Source of the DNA: Candidatus Acidiferrales bacterium
Lineage (GTDB): Bacteria > Patescibacteriota > Microgenomatia > Levybacterales > UBA12049
Direction of reading: 5' to 3'
DNA length: 64,000 nucleotides
Assembly (NCBI GenBank): GCA_035533875.1
Contig: DATLSZ010000029.1
Location: 31,636-95,635 of the forward strand
Part shown: positions 17,118-26,900 of the stretch, in pieces
How the letters are laid out: each line of letters starts with the position of its first letter
Numbering within the stretch: the first letter of the stretch is position 1
Program-made: the position numbers and the translations under genes
The notes under the pieces: model-generated
Database searches by the model: none
Told to the model about the DNA's origin: nothing
Seen by the model: only the letters and a program-made list of their open reading frames with translations

Positions 17118-18887
17118 ATGGACGAGTTCATAAAAGCAACAGAGAGAAAAGAAGTTGAAGAAGCGTTTTCTTTCAGGAACTTTTTTGTTCCTTTGACGAC
17201 AGTAAAGGCAATTCATTGGATTGTTATTATCGGGGTTATCGTTTTTGCGAACAGTTTATTTAATGGATTTGTGTGGGATGATAAGACTTATGTTCTCAGT
17301 ATTTCTCAGACGATTGGTTTACATATCATAAAACTCTTCGGACAAAATATCATTACCTTATCTGGCTATTACCGTCCGATTGGCTTATTCTATTTTAGCG
17401 TACTGTATAGTATTTTCGGACAAACACCCTTTTACTATCATCTTCCGCAAATCATCCTTCATATAGTTAATACAGTATTGGTATTTCTTTTATTTGCATC
17501 CTTTTTCAGAAAAAATATTGCTTTTTTTCTCTCCCTTATTTTTTTAGTTCATCCAATCCAGACAGAATCAGTCATCTATATTGCCCCCACTGATGGTATT
17601 CTTTTCTTCTTTTTCGGAATATTGACACTTGTTATCACTAATAATAAACAAACATATCGTTTATGGATTATCACAGGAATATTAATCTTCCTTGCGTTAT
17701 TGACGAAAGAATCGGCAATTGTGTTTATTCTCTTGCTGCTTATCTTCAGAATACTTTTTAATAAAGGTAAAGTTGTACTGTATGGTTTGATAAGCCTTTG
17801 TGCGATGAGCGTGTATTTTTTTATCAGGTTCTTTATATTTCATGTTTATTTTTATCACATTACGTTCATTCCGATGGCACGAGTATCATTTGTTGACAGG
17901 TTATTAAATATTCCTGCAATAACCTGGTATTATTTGAAAACATTTTTTTATCCCACGCACTTGATCATCGACCAGCAATGGGTGATTACGCAGTTCAATT
18001 TTCAAACGTTATATCTTCCGTTATTTATTGATTGTGCCTTCTTTTTTCTCGTTATTTTTTTTAGTATATATCTCTTAAAACATAAGAGCACATTGTTTCG
18101 CGTCTATTTGTTCTTTGTTTTGTGGTTTGGTATCGGACTTGGGATTTACGAACAGATTATACCGCTTGATATGACTGTTGCTAACAGGTGGTTTTATGTG
18201 CCGATTGTCGGTCTGATTGGTATGATCGGCATTGCCATCGAAACATTTTTATTAAAAACTAAAACCAGTAAAAAAACAGTCTATATAGTTTTAATACTTA
18301 TTATAGTTTTACTTTCCGCAAGAACTATGGTCCGAAATACGGATTGGCAAAATGCTCTTATTCTTTATGAACATGACAGCATGCTCACAAGCAGTTATGA
18401 TCTGGAAGGTAATCTTGGTGAAGAATTATACTTGGCTGGCTATAAAGATAAGGCACTGTATCATTATAAAAAATCAGTGAATCTTTTGCCGTTTGACAGG
18501 ACGCTGAATAATATCGGCGTTATCTACGAACGAGAAGGAAAGTATCAACTGGCAAAACAATATTATCTTAAAGCAATCAACGCAGTAGATCCCATGCCGC
18601 CGTATCACCATGATGTAACGCTTTATCAGAATGTGTCACGAATGCTAATATATTTTGGAAATCCTGAAGATGCGGTTACATATCTTAACCAGGGATTGAA
18701 AATATATCCACATGATTATGTATTACTTCTTTTGAAGGGAATGGATGAATATAAATTGCAAGAAACAGAAAAGGCAAAATTATCTTTGCAAAAATCATAT
18801 TCTCTTGCACCAAACGATGCAGCAAAGAAAGTTATTCTGCAGTTCATGAATGATCCCACTCAGCAAATACCGCTGCAAGATTTTTAA
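17118..18887 (+). CDS. TMTC-like polytopic membrane/TPR protein (tandem paralog)
   Basis: NGFVWDDKTYVL motif and the same architecture. The 5' region ATATCTGCTAGGATA upstream of the start is shared with the gene at 15348. Confidence 0.7.
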   Translation: MDEFIKATERKEVEEAFSFRNFFVPLTTVKAIHWIVIIGVIVFANSLFNGFVWDDKTYVLSISQTIGLHIIKLFGQNIITLSGYYRPIGLFYFSVLYSIFGQTPFYYHLPQIILHIVNTVLVFLLFASFFRKNIAFFLSLIFLVHPIQTESVIYIAPTDGILFFFFGILTLVITNNKQTYRLWIITGILIFLALLTKESAIVFILLLLIFRILFNKGKVVLYGLISLCAMSVYFFIRFFIFHVYFYHITFIPMARVSFVDRLLNIPAITWYYLKTFFYPTHLIIDQQWVITQFNFQTLYLPLFIDCAFFFLVIFFSIYLLKHKSTLFRVYLFFVLWFGIGLGIYEQIIPLDMTVANRWFYVPIVGLIGMIGIAIETFLLKTKTSKKTVYIVLILIIVLLSARTMVRNTDWQNALILYEHDSMLTSSYDLEGNLGEELYLAGYKDKALYHYKKSVNLLPFDRTLNNIGVIYEREGKYQLAKQYYLKAINAVDPMPPYHHDVTLYQNVSRMLIYFGNPEDAVTYLNQGLKIYPHDYVLLLLKGMDEYKLQETEKAKLSLQKSYSLAPNDAAKKVILQFMNDPTQQIPLQDF

Positions 18888-19984
18888 TGAATTCCAGAAA
18901 TTGTTGATGCTTTTTTGTGGATCTTGGCGATAAAAAATCCTTCCATTGTTTCACTTGGGAAAACTCTAGCGCAGTTTTGTGTATGCTTGAAATTTTTCTT
19001 TTTCCATGCTGTTAAACTGTTTTGCAATTGCACATTTGGCATTGTTATTTTTTCAACTGTTAGCGCGTCTGGTGTTTTATCAACGACCCATTCAATTACT
19101 TCTTCGTTTTCTTCTGGCGAAAGAGTACATGTTGAGTAAACAATGATTCCTCCTACTCTTGTCGCGGATATAGCTGAGCGAAGTAAATACTTTTGCAATT
19201 TTGATAATTGTTTTACTTTTTTCGGCGACCAATCCTGATACGTTTTTGGATCACCACAACGGACCCGTCCTTCCATAGAGCAGGGGACATCAACAAGTGT
19301 TTTATCAAAATATTCAGGATAAAATTGCCAGATTCGTTCACCATGTATGTTGGTGATCAGAAAACTCGGAATACCCTGGGAATCGGATGACCTGAGAGTC
19401 AGAAATTCAGAGATGCTGGCAATCTGATTGCTCTGAGTTTTCTGGAAAGGAATACCATAGTCGTTTAATATTCGCTCCATTTTATATAACCGTGGACGAC
19501 TGATATCGTTTGCAACTATAGTAGCTTTATTTTTTGTGATTGCTGCGATCATTGTTGCTTTGCTTCCAGGGGCAGCGGTAATATCAAGAATTTTTTCATT
19601 TGTTTGAGGATCAAGTGTCAAGACAGGTATCATACTTGAGAGATTTTGGATATATAACAACCCATTTTTATATTCATCCGTTCCTGTTAGCTCAGGGATG
19701 GATTTGTTTTTGAGAATGAATGCATCGGGATACCAGGATACCCTTTCAACATCAAATCCTTGTTTGATTAATGATTTATTTAACGATTCTGTAGTAGTTT
19801 TTATTGTATTGGTCCGAAAAGATGGAAGCGTATTGTTCGAAAGCGCCTCAAGTAAATTATTAAATTCTTTCTCGGAATATATTTTTTTCCATCTATCCAG
19901 CATTTGTTCAGGTAAATTTTGACAGAGATTCATAGTTCTTATTATACAATATTGATTGTACAGGAGTAAAATTACCTCTTGCAT
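18884..19984 (-). CDS. RsmB/NOP2/Sun-family RNA m5C methyltransferase
   Basis: SAM-binding and catalytic motifs IVANDISRPR and DVPCSMEG ... YSTCTLSPEENEEVI. An alternative start lies at 19933. Confidence 0.75.
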   Translation of the reverse strand: MQEVILLLYNQYCIIRTMNLCQNLPEQMLDRWKKIYSEKEFNNLLEALSNNTLPSFRTNTIKTTTESLNKSLIKQGFDVERVSWYPDAFILKNKSIPELTGTDEYKNGLLYIQNLSSMIPVLTLDPQTNEKILDITAAPGSKATMIAAITKNKATIVANDISRPRLYKMERILNDYGIPFQKTQSNQIASISEFLTLRSSDSQGIPSFLITNIHGERIWQFYPEYFDKTLVDVPCSMEGRVRCGDPKTYQDWSPKKVKQLSKLQKYLLRSAISATRVGGIIVYSTCTLSPEENEEVIEWVVDKTPDALTVEKITMPNVQLQNSLTAWKKKNFKHTQNCARVFPSETMEGFFIAKIHKKASTISGIH

Positions 19985-20014
19985 TAATTATTATATACTA
20001 GTATAATAGTACGT

Positions 20015-20299
20015 ATGAATAAGCCCAGTCTTACTCATTTAATTGAGTTATTGTTTTCAGTGCAGTCCAAGAAAGAAATGGAAGCGCTGCTTCGTGCTAT
20101 ACTGACTCCGCAGGAATTGGAGGAATTACCGAAACGGCTGATGATTTTTGAACAATTGAAAAAAGGTACTCCGCAGCATGAGATTGCCAAAAAAATTGGA
20201 GTGGGTGTCGCGACTGTTACCCGCGGATCTCTTGAAATACAGCGGGGACAAATTCAGAAAACTTCCTGGTGGCAAAACCTTTCTCAAATGAGAGGCTGA
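20015..20299 (+). CDS. Trp-repressor-like (TrpR/YerC/YecD family) DNA-binding protein
   Basis: LTPQELEELPKRLMIFEQLKKGTPQHEIAKKIGVGVATVTRGS matches the YerC/TrpR helix-turn-helix. A TTGCAT-N18-TATAAT promoter ends 6 nt before the ATG. Confidence 0.7.
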   Translation: MNKPSLTHLIELLFSVQSKKEMEALLRAILTPQELEELPKRLMIFEQLKKGTPQHEIAKKIGVGVATVTRGSLEIQRGQIQKTSWWQNLSQMRG

Positions 20300-20364
20300 T
20301 TGCCGCGTTTATTTAATCATAAATGTATCAATGAACCTCCCATCATGAGAGTTTTTTTATTTTT

Positions 20365-21717
20365 ATGAAAGTATTACCGAAAATAACAATTGGACAAAAA
20401 CCATCATATGTTACCTTTGCAAAAGATGTTGATATCTATTCATTGTTTCAAAAGATAGAACAGACATTTGACAGGTGTTTTATTTTTGAGTCACTTGGTG
20501 AGGAAGGGAAGTTTTCCCGCTATTCAATTATTGGTTTTGAACCGCAACATATAATATCGGCAAGAGAAAACGTTTTAAAGATCGATAAGACCGAATATCC
20601 TGTCGATAATCCGTATACTGTCCTCCGTCAAATTATGCCGGAAACGGTTATTGCCAGGGAGTATGCCGGAGGTCTTGTCGGATATCTTAGCTATGATGCA
20701 GTTAATTATTTTGAACCGTCTATACAAGTTAAGGTCCATGATGCGTTTGACCAATTTATGTTTGGTGTTTATACGGACGGGCTTATTTATGATAAAGTAA
20801 CCAATGAACTCCAATATTTTTACTATGATACAAACAGGCTGCCGATGATTAAAGCAATAATGCAGCAAAAGAAACCCTCGAAAAACAAATTGAAAGTAAC
20901 ATATCTGAGAGATACATCGACAAAAAAAGAACATGCGGTAACTGTTGAAGGAGTTAAAGAGCAGATTAGAGCCGGTAATACATTTCAATGTGAAGTCGGA
21001 TTCAAAACAGAATATCAGATAGAAGGCGATGCATTGGAAATTTATGAACGGTTGCGGGAGACAAATCCTTCTCCGTTTATGTATTATTTAAAGTTTGATT
21101 CCAAGAAAATTATCGGTTCGAGTCCCGAATTATTATTCTCTTTGCGTGACGGAGAGATGACAGCAAAGCCACTCGCTGGAACGATAGGTAGAGGGAAAAA
21201 TAAGCTAGAAGATCAGAAGTATGCTCGAGAATTGATTCATGACCCCAAAGAGATTGCAGAACATAATATGCTTGTCGATTTGCATCGTAACGATATCGGA
21301 CGGGTGGCACAATTCGGCACGGTGAAGATACGAGAATTATTGGGAATTAAAAAGTTCAGTCACGTACAGCATATTTCAAGTGAAATTGTCGGTATAATAA
21401 AAAACGGTGAAGATATGTTCTCCGGACTTGCTGCAAATTTTCCTGCAGGTACTTTGAGCGGTGCACCGAAAATTGAATCGATGAAAATCATAGATGGAAA
21501 TGAAAAAGAAGCAAGAGGTCCATACGGCGGGGGAGTAGGCCATTTCGGATTTAACGGAGATTGTACATTTGCTATTGCAATTCGGTCTTTGTTTGTTTCC
21601 GGCAAATACGCATATGCACAAACAAGCGGTGGGATTGTTGCAGATTCGATTCCTGAAAAAGAATATGAAGAAATACAGAATAAGCTAGCAGCGATGAGGA
21701 AGGTTTTGAAAATATGA
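20365..21717 (+). CDS. trpE: anthranilate synthase component I
   Basis: Chorismate-binding enzyme motifs are present: LVDLHRNDIGRV and GTLSGAPK. Confidence 0.9.
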   Translation: MKVLPKITIGQKPSYVTFAKDVDIYSLFQKIEQTFDRCFIFESLGEEGKFSRYSIIGFEPQHIISARENVLKIDKTEYPVDNPYTVLRQIMPETVIAREYAGGLVGYLSYDAVNYFEPSIQVKVHDAFDQFMFGVYTDGLIYDKVTNELQYFYYDTNRLPMIKAIMQQKKPSKNKLKVTYLRDTSTKKEHAVTVEGVKEQIRAGNTFQCEVGFKTEYQIEGDALEIYERLRETNPSPFMYYLKFDSKKIIGSSPELLFSLRDGEMTAKPLAGTIGRGKNKLEDQKYARELIHDPKEIAEHNMLVDLHRNDIGRVAQFGTVKIRELLGIKKFSHVQHISSEIVGIIKNGEDMFSGLAANFPAGTLSGAPKIESMKIIDGNEKEARGPYGGGVGHFGFNGDCTFAIAIRSLFVSGKYAYAQTSGGIVADSIPEKEYEEIQNKLAAMRKVLKI

Positions 21718-22310
21718 ATGTTTTAATTATCGATAATTACGATTCATTTACGTTTAATCTCTACCAGTATATTGGTGAAATTTTGATGAAAGAAAATAGT
21801 CAGTTTACGATAGACGTTGTGCGAAATGACGAACTAACTATAAACGAAATTAAGAAACGAAACTATGACCGGATTGTTATCTCACCCGGTCCGGGTGATC
21901 CGAGTGACAAGAAATATTTTGGTGTCTGCTCTGATGTTATTCCTAAGTTAGGAAAAGATGTTCCAATACTTGGGATTTGTCTTGGGATGCAAGGGATTGC
22001 GTCGTCATTCGGCGGGGATATAACCAAGGCAAAAAAACCGATGCATGGCAAGACAAGTATTATTGTTCATGATGGCAAGGGAATATTTACTTCATTACCA
22101 CAGGATTTGGAAGTGATGCGGTATCATTCGCTTATTGTTTCGAAAAATAACTTGCCTACTAGTCTGGAAATAACAGCAACCACAGGAGCTGAAATAATGG
22201 GATTGCGGCATAAAACGTGTCCAATCGAAGGCATCCAATTCCATCCCGAGTCTTTTGCGACAGAAGCAGGAAAGAAGATGCTTGAGAATTTTCTTTCTGG
22301 TGTAAAGTAA
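21714..22310 (+). CDS. trpG: anthranilate synthase component II (glutamine amidotransferase)
   Basis: IDNYDSFTFNL, the catalytic GICLGMQ, and the HPES histidine motif. Confidence 0.9.
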   Translation: MNVLIIDNYDSFTFNLYQYIGEILMKENSQFTIDVVRNDELTINEIKKRNYDRIVISPGPGDPSDKKYFGVCSDVIPKLGKDVPILGICLGMQGIASSFGGDITKAKKPMHGKTSIIVHDGKGIFTSLPQDLEVMRYHSLIVSKNNLPTSLEITATTGAEIMGLRHKTCPIEGIQFHPESFATEAGKKMLENFLSGVK

Positions 22311-22312
22311 CT

Positions 22313-23332
22313 ATGAACACGATTTATTATTTAAACAAACTGGTTGATAAACAAGATCTTACGGGAGATGAGATACGGTCATTATTTGCTGCTGTTTCAA
22401 AAGGTGAACTTGATCCAATACAGATTGCAGCGGTTCTTATTGCGTTACGGATGAAAGGAGAAACGGTTGAGGAAATTGGCAGTTTGATACAGGAGATGCG
22501 GTCACATATCGTTGACTTTCCTGCATATCCTGATGCAATAGATACGTGCGGGACAGGGGGAGACGGCACAGGGACATTTAATATCTCTACAACTGTTGCA
22601 TTTGTTGCCGCAGGTGCGGGGATTCAAATTATCAAACACGGCAATAAAGCAGCGAGCAGTAAGTGCGGCAGTGCTGATGTTTTGTCGGAACTCGGGGTCA
22701 ATATTATGCTTACTCCAGAGCAAGCGAATAATGTCTTTAAAAAGGTCGGGATGGTGTTTCTTTATGCATCGCTTTATCATCCAGCGATGAAATATATCGC
22801 ACCTGTCAGAAAATCTCTCGGGACGAGAACTGTCTTTAATTTCCTCGGACCATTTCTAAATCCTGCGCAGGTAAAGCGGCAACTGATCGGTGTCCCCAAT
22901 GCAGAATTGGCTGAGAAATTGGCAAAAGTTGCTGCAACATTGCAATATGAACATGCTGTTATAGTTTCAAGTAATAGCGGGATGGATGAGATGGATGTAT
23001 CCGGCGCAACAACAATATATGAAATACGAGGGAAGAGTGTTTTAAAGAAAAGCGTTAATCCGCAAACGCTAGGATTTAAAAAAACTAATTCTCAAGAAAT
23101 GCATGGAGGGAGTATGGCTGAAAACGCACAAATTATCCGAGACATTCTCTCAGGTAAAAAAGGGGCAAAGAGAGACGTTGTTGTCTTGAATAGTGCATAT
23201 GCATTGTATGTTGCAGGAAAAGTAAAAGATATTCGTGATGGTATGAGACTGGCAGAATTATCAATTGACAGTGGCGAAGCGAAAAATATTTTGGATAACC
23301 TAGTAAAGGAGACAAGGAAATATGAAAAGTAA
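22313..23332 (+). CDS. trpD: anthranilate phosphoribosyltransferase
   Basis: CGTGGDGTGTFNISTTVAFVAAGAG matches the TrpD phosphoribosyl-binding region. Confidence 0.9.
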   Translation: MNTIYYLNKLVDKQDLTGDEIRSLFAAVSKGELDPIQIAAVLIALRMKGETVEEIGSLIQEMRSHIVDFPAYPDAIDTCGTGGDGTGTFNISTTVAFVAAGAGIQIIKHGNKAASSKCGSADVLSELGVNIMLTPEQANNVFKKVGMVFLYASLYHPAMKYIAPVRKSLGTRTVFNFLGPFLNPAQVKRQLIGVPNAELAEKLAKVAATLQYEHAVIVSSNSGMDEMDVSGATTIYEIRGKSVLKKSVNPQTLGFKKTNSQEMHGGSMAENAQIIRDILSGKKGAKRDVVVLNSAYALYVAGKVKDIRDGMRLAELSIDSGEAKNILDNLVKETRKYEK

Positions 23333-24806
23333 ATCTCAAGAACCAAATAATAAATCACAAAAGTTTTTAGAAAAAATTATTGCGAAGAAAACTAAAGAGT
23401 TTGTTCGGACAACTCAGAAGACTCAGAAACCCAGCATGTCAGATTTTCAGATAGTCAGAATTTCAGATATTCCGAGTAATCAGAGTTTTCTGAAGATCTT
23501 TGATTTGGAAAACAAAAAGAAGATCGGGCTGATCGCCGAAGTGAAATTCGCGTCGCCGACGAATCCGCATCTTGGCTCTCCAGATGATTTATTACAACGA
23601 GTTGAACAATATGATCAAGCGGGTGCAGGTGCAATTTCTTTTATTACGGAAAAACATTATTTTAAAGGAGATACTCGTTTTATTCCGCAGATTAAAAAGG
23701 CGGTAGATCTACCAATTCTGCAGAAAGATTTTATCATCGATGAACAGCAGATTTATGAAGCAAAACAAATAGGGTCCGATGCGCTGCTTTTAATCGCGCG
23801 TCTCGTTGATAAAGAAACTCTTAAACAATTTGTCGATCTCTGTTTGGAATTGCATGTTGAGCCGGTGGTTGAAATTAATTCCGACGACGATTTGAAAAAA
23901 GCTGTTGCAACAAAGACAAATATTATCGCAGTTAATGCTCGGGACTTGGAAACATTTGAGATTGATGTAAAGAAAGCATGTCTTTTGATGAGAAAGATTC
24001 CGGACCGGTTTATTAAGCTTGGTTTCTCAGGCATTCAGTCTGTAAAAGAAGTTTTGCAATATAAAAATGCAGGAGCAAACGGGGTACTGGTAGGAACAAG
24101 TTTGATGCAGGCGAAAGATATTAAAATGTTTGTTAAGAGTTTGCAGGTTTTGCCAGAAGCTCCTTCCCGACGTACTCACCAAGACGGACAAGTACAAGTG
24201 AAAATTTGTGCGACAAGAAGTATTGAAGCGGCACAAATTGCAGTAGATAATGGTGCGGAATTTTTGGGATTGGTGTTCACACCACTGATTAAGACGCATA
24301 CTGTTGATCGGAAAGTAGCTGCGCAAATCGGAAAAGAAATGAAAGGGAAAATTCAGTTAGTCGGTGTATTTCAAAATATGCCGCTTGAAGAAGTCCAAGC
24401 GATAATAGCTGAATGTAATTTGGATTATGCGCAATTTCATGGAGATGAGACGCCGGAATATATTAATCAAATAAAGATAAAGATCATAAAAGCGTTCCGG
24501 TTCCCAGGTGTTGTTAATCTTAAGCAAGCAAGGAAGCAGATGAAACAGTATACTGTGGACTATTACTTAGTCGATCGTATTAAACAAAGTGAAGGGCCAA
24601 TACTTGATCTGAATATAGTCAGTATCCTTGCGAAAGAGTTTCCTTTAGTTTTCGCCGGTGGTTTGAACACCGAAAATGTAACTGATGTTATAAAAATAGT
24701 AAAACCAAAAATGGTCGATGTTGCATCTGGGGTGGAGACAAACGGACAGCAAGATATGAAAAAAATAAAACAGTTTATTAAAAATGCAAAAGGAGTAACT
24801 ATATGA
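23322..24806 (+). CDS. trpCF: bifunctional indole-3-glycerol-phosphate synthase / phosphoribosylanthranilate isomerase
   Basis: The N-terminal half has IGPS motifs (IAEVKFASP, SFITEKHYFKG). The C-terminal half has a PRAI motif (VKICATRS...). Confidence 0.85.
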   Translation: MKSKSQEPNNKSQKFLEKIIAKKTKEFVRTTQKTQKPSMSDFQIVRISDIPSNQSFLKIFDLENKKKIGLIAEVKFASPTNPHLGSPDDLLQRVEQYDQAGAGAISFITEKHYFKGDTRFIPQIKKAVDLPILQKDFIIDEQQIYEAKQIGSDALLLIARLVDKETLKQFVDLCLELHVEPVVEINSDDDLKKAVATKTNIIAVNARDLETFEIDVKKACLLMRKIPDRFIKLGFSGIQSVKEVLQYKNAGANGVLVGTSLMQAKDIKMFVKSLQVLPEAPSRRTHQDGQVQVKICATRSIEAAQIAVDNGAEFLGLVFTPLIKTHTVDRKVAAQIGKEMKGKIQLVGVFQNMPLEEVQAIIAECNLDYAQFHGDETPEYINQIKIKIIKAFRFPGVVNLKQARKQMKQYTVDYYLVDRIKQSEGPILDLNIVSILAKEFPLVFAGGLNTENVTDVIKIVKPKMVDVASGVETNGQQDMKKIKQFIKNAKGVTI

Positions 24807-24867
24807 AAAGTTCCTTCGGCTCACTGCGTTCGCTCAGGATGACTTTAGTTATTAGAAGGGAGAATCA

Positions 24868-26088
24868 ATGAGATCACATTTTGGGAAATTTGGAGGGAAA
24901 TATGTTCCGGAGATGCTGATTCCTGCTCTTGAAGAATTGGAGGCGGCTTATGAAAAGGCAAAAAAAGATAAAGAGTTCAGGAAAGAATTTCAGCATTTGT
25001 TAAAAAATTTTTCAGGGCGTCCGACGCCGCTGGTCTATGCTGAAAGTCTCACTAAGAAGCTTAATGGTGCAAAAATTTATTTGAAAAATGAGGGACTCAA
25101 TCACACAGGGGCACATAAAATAACCCATTGTATCGGGCAGGCATTGATTGCAAAGAGACTCGGGAAAACACGTCTTATTGCTGAAACTGGTGCCGGTATG
25201 CATGGTGTCGCGACAGCGACAATTGCTGCGAAATTTGGATTTTCCTGCACAGTCTATATGGGAGAAACAGATGTTGCCAGACAGCGGCCGAATGTCTTTT
25301 TGATGGAACAGTTGGGAGCAACGGTCGTGCCGGTTAGTTTTGGAAATAGAACACTCAAAGATGCGGTGAATGCTGCGATAAAAGATTGGATAGAACATAT
25401 CGAAGATACGCATTATTTGTTGGGTTCTGTTCTTGGTCCGCATCCGTATCCGACAATGAATCGTGATTTCCAGTCTATTGTCGGGAGAGAAATAAGAAAG
25501 CAATTGAAAGAGTTTGAAAATAAGATGCCCGATGTTGTTATAGCGTGCGTATCTGGAGGCAGCAACGCGATGGGAGCTTTTACCGATTTTATCAAGGAAG
25601 ATTCGGTTGAACTAATCGGTGTTGAAGCAGGAGGTACTGGAAAGAATATCGGAGAGCACGCAGCACGATTTGGCGGGAGTGGAACAGTCGGTGTTGCGCA
25701 GGGATACAAAACATATTTCTTGCAGGATGAAGACGGGCAATTACAAAAGACACATAGTATTTCGGCAGGACTTGATTATGCCGGAGTAGGACCGGAAATT
25801 TCGTATCTGCAGGGAAAAGGAAGGCTGCAGATGGTGTCAGCGACAGATAAAGAAACACTTAACGCTGTCCAGACACTGGCAAAGACAGAAGGGATTATCC
25901 CGGCGCTTGAGTCTGCACACGCAATTGCACATGCAATAAAACTTGCACCGACACTTCCGAAGGACAAAGTCATTGTTGTCAATGTTTCGGGAAGAGGAGA
26001 TAAGGATCTTTTTATTCTGACAAGAGCATTCAAGGATAAGAAATTTTATGAGTTTATGCAAGATGAGGTGGAGCATGGGTATGAATAA
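24868..26088 (+). CDS. trpB: tryptophan synthase beta chain
   Basis: GKFGGKYVPE and the PLP lysine motif HTGAHKI. Confidence 0.92.
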   Translation: MRSHFGKFGGKYVPEMLIPALEELEAAYEKAKKDKEFRKEFQHLLKNFSGRPTPLVYAESLTKKLNGAKIYLKNEGLNHTGAHKITHCIGQALIAKRLGKTRLIAETGAGMHGVATATIAAKFGFSCTVYMGETDVARQRPNVFLMEQLGATVVPVSFGNRTLKDAVNAAIKDWIEHIEDTHYLLGSVLGPHPYPTMNRDFQSIVGREIRKQLKEFENKMPDVVIACVSGGSNAMGAFTDFIKEDSVELIGVEAGGTGKNIGEHAARFGGSGTVGVAQGYKTYFLQDEDGQLQKTHSISAGLDYAGVGPEISYLQGKGRLQMVSATDKETLNAVQTLAKTEGIIPALESAHAIAHAIKLAPTLPKDKVIVVNVSGRGDKDLFILTRAFKDKKFYEFMQDEVEHGYE

Positions 26089-26872
26089 GATTGATCAACA
26101 GTTACAGGTAATAAAAAAAGAAAAGCGTATCGCTCTTATGACGCATGTCGTTGTCGGGTATCCGAGTGTGCAGGATACGGTTTCAATAGTCAGCGCTATG
26201 GGAGAGTCGGGTGTTGATTTTGTAGAACTGCAGATCCCGTTTTCTGATCCTTTGGCGGACGGGCCGACTATTATGAAGGCATGTGAAGAGTCGCTGGCAA
26301 ACGGAACAAAGGTTGCGGATGCGTTTCGTGTTATGCAGGAGCTTTCATCACAAGTTATGATCCCATTATTATTTATGGCATATTACAATACGGTTTTTAC
26401 GTATGGTGTTGAGAAGTTTTGTCGGGACGCAAAAGCAGCTGGGGTAAGCGGTTTGATCGTCCCTGATATGTCAATTGATGAGGAACAACATGAGCATTTC
26501 TATGCGCTTGCAAAAAAGTATGGTCTTCATGTTATTCATGTCATCTCACCGGTATCAACGCCGGAGCGTCTCAAGAAGAACGCAGCAATGGCCAGAGGGT
26601 TTGTTTATTGTACCGCTCGTCAGGGGATAACCGGTGCAAAGAGAGATCTTGATCCCACTCTCAGGAATTATCTTAAGAAGGTGAAGACTTATTTCTCTAT
26701 TCCTGTTGCTGTTGGATTTGGTATTTCAAAAAAAGAGCACATAGAAGCTTTGCAAAATGAAGCAGATATAGCGGTGATCGGAAGTGCGTTGATTGATGTT
26801 CTGAGAAACACAGAGAAGAGCAGTCGAGGAGCGGCAGTCAAGCAATTCCTCAATGACTTACGCATTGAATAA
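26081..26872 (+). CDS. trpA: tryptophan synthase alpha chain
   Basis: The TrpA fold is evident (YPS..DTV, ELQIPFSDPLADGPTI). The start overlaps the trpB stop (ATGAATAA). An alternative start is at 26075. Confidence 0.88.
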   Translation: MNKIDQQLQVIKKEKRIALMTHVVVGYPSVQDTVSIVSAMGESGVDFVELQIPFSDPLADGPTIMKACEESLANGTKVADAFRVMQELSSQVMIPLLFMAYYNTVFTYGVEKFCRDAKAAGVSGLIVPDMSIDEEQHEHFYALAKKYGLHVIHVISPVSTPERLKKNAAMARGFVYCTARQGITGAKRDLDPTLRNYLKKVKTYFSIPVAVGFGISKKEHIEALQNEADIAVIGSALIDVLRNTEKSSRGAAVKQFLNDLRIE

Positions 26873-26900
26873 GTTTTGCGGATGACTTACAATACAACGT

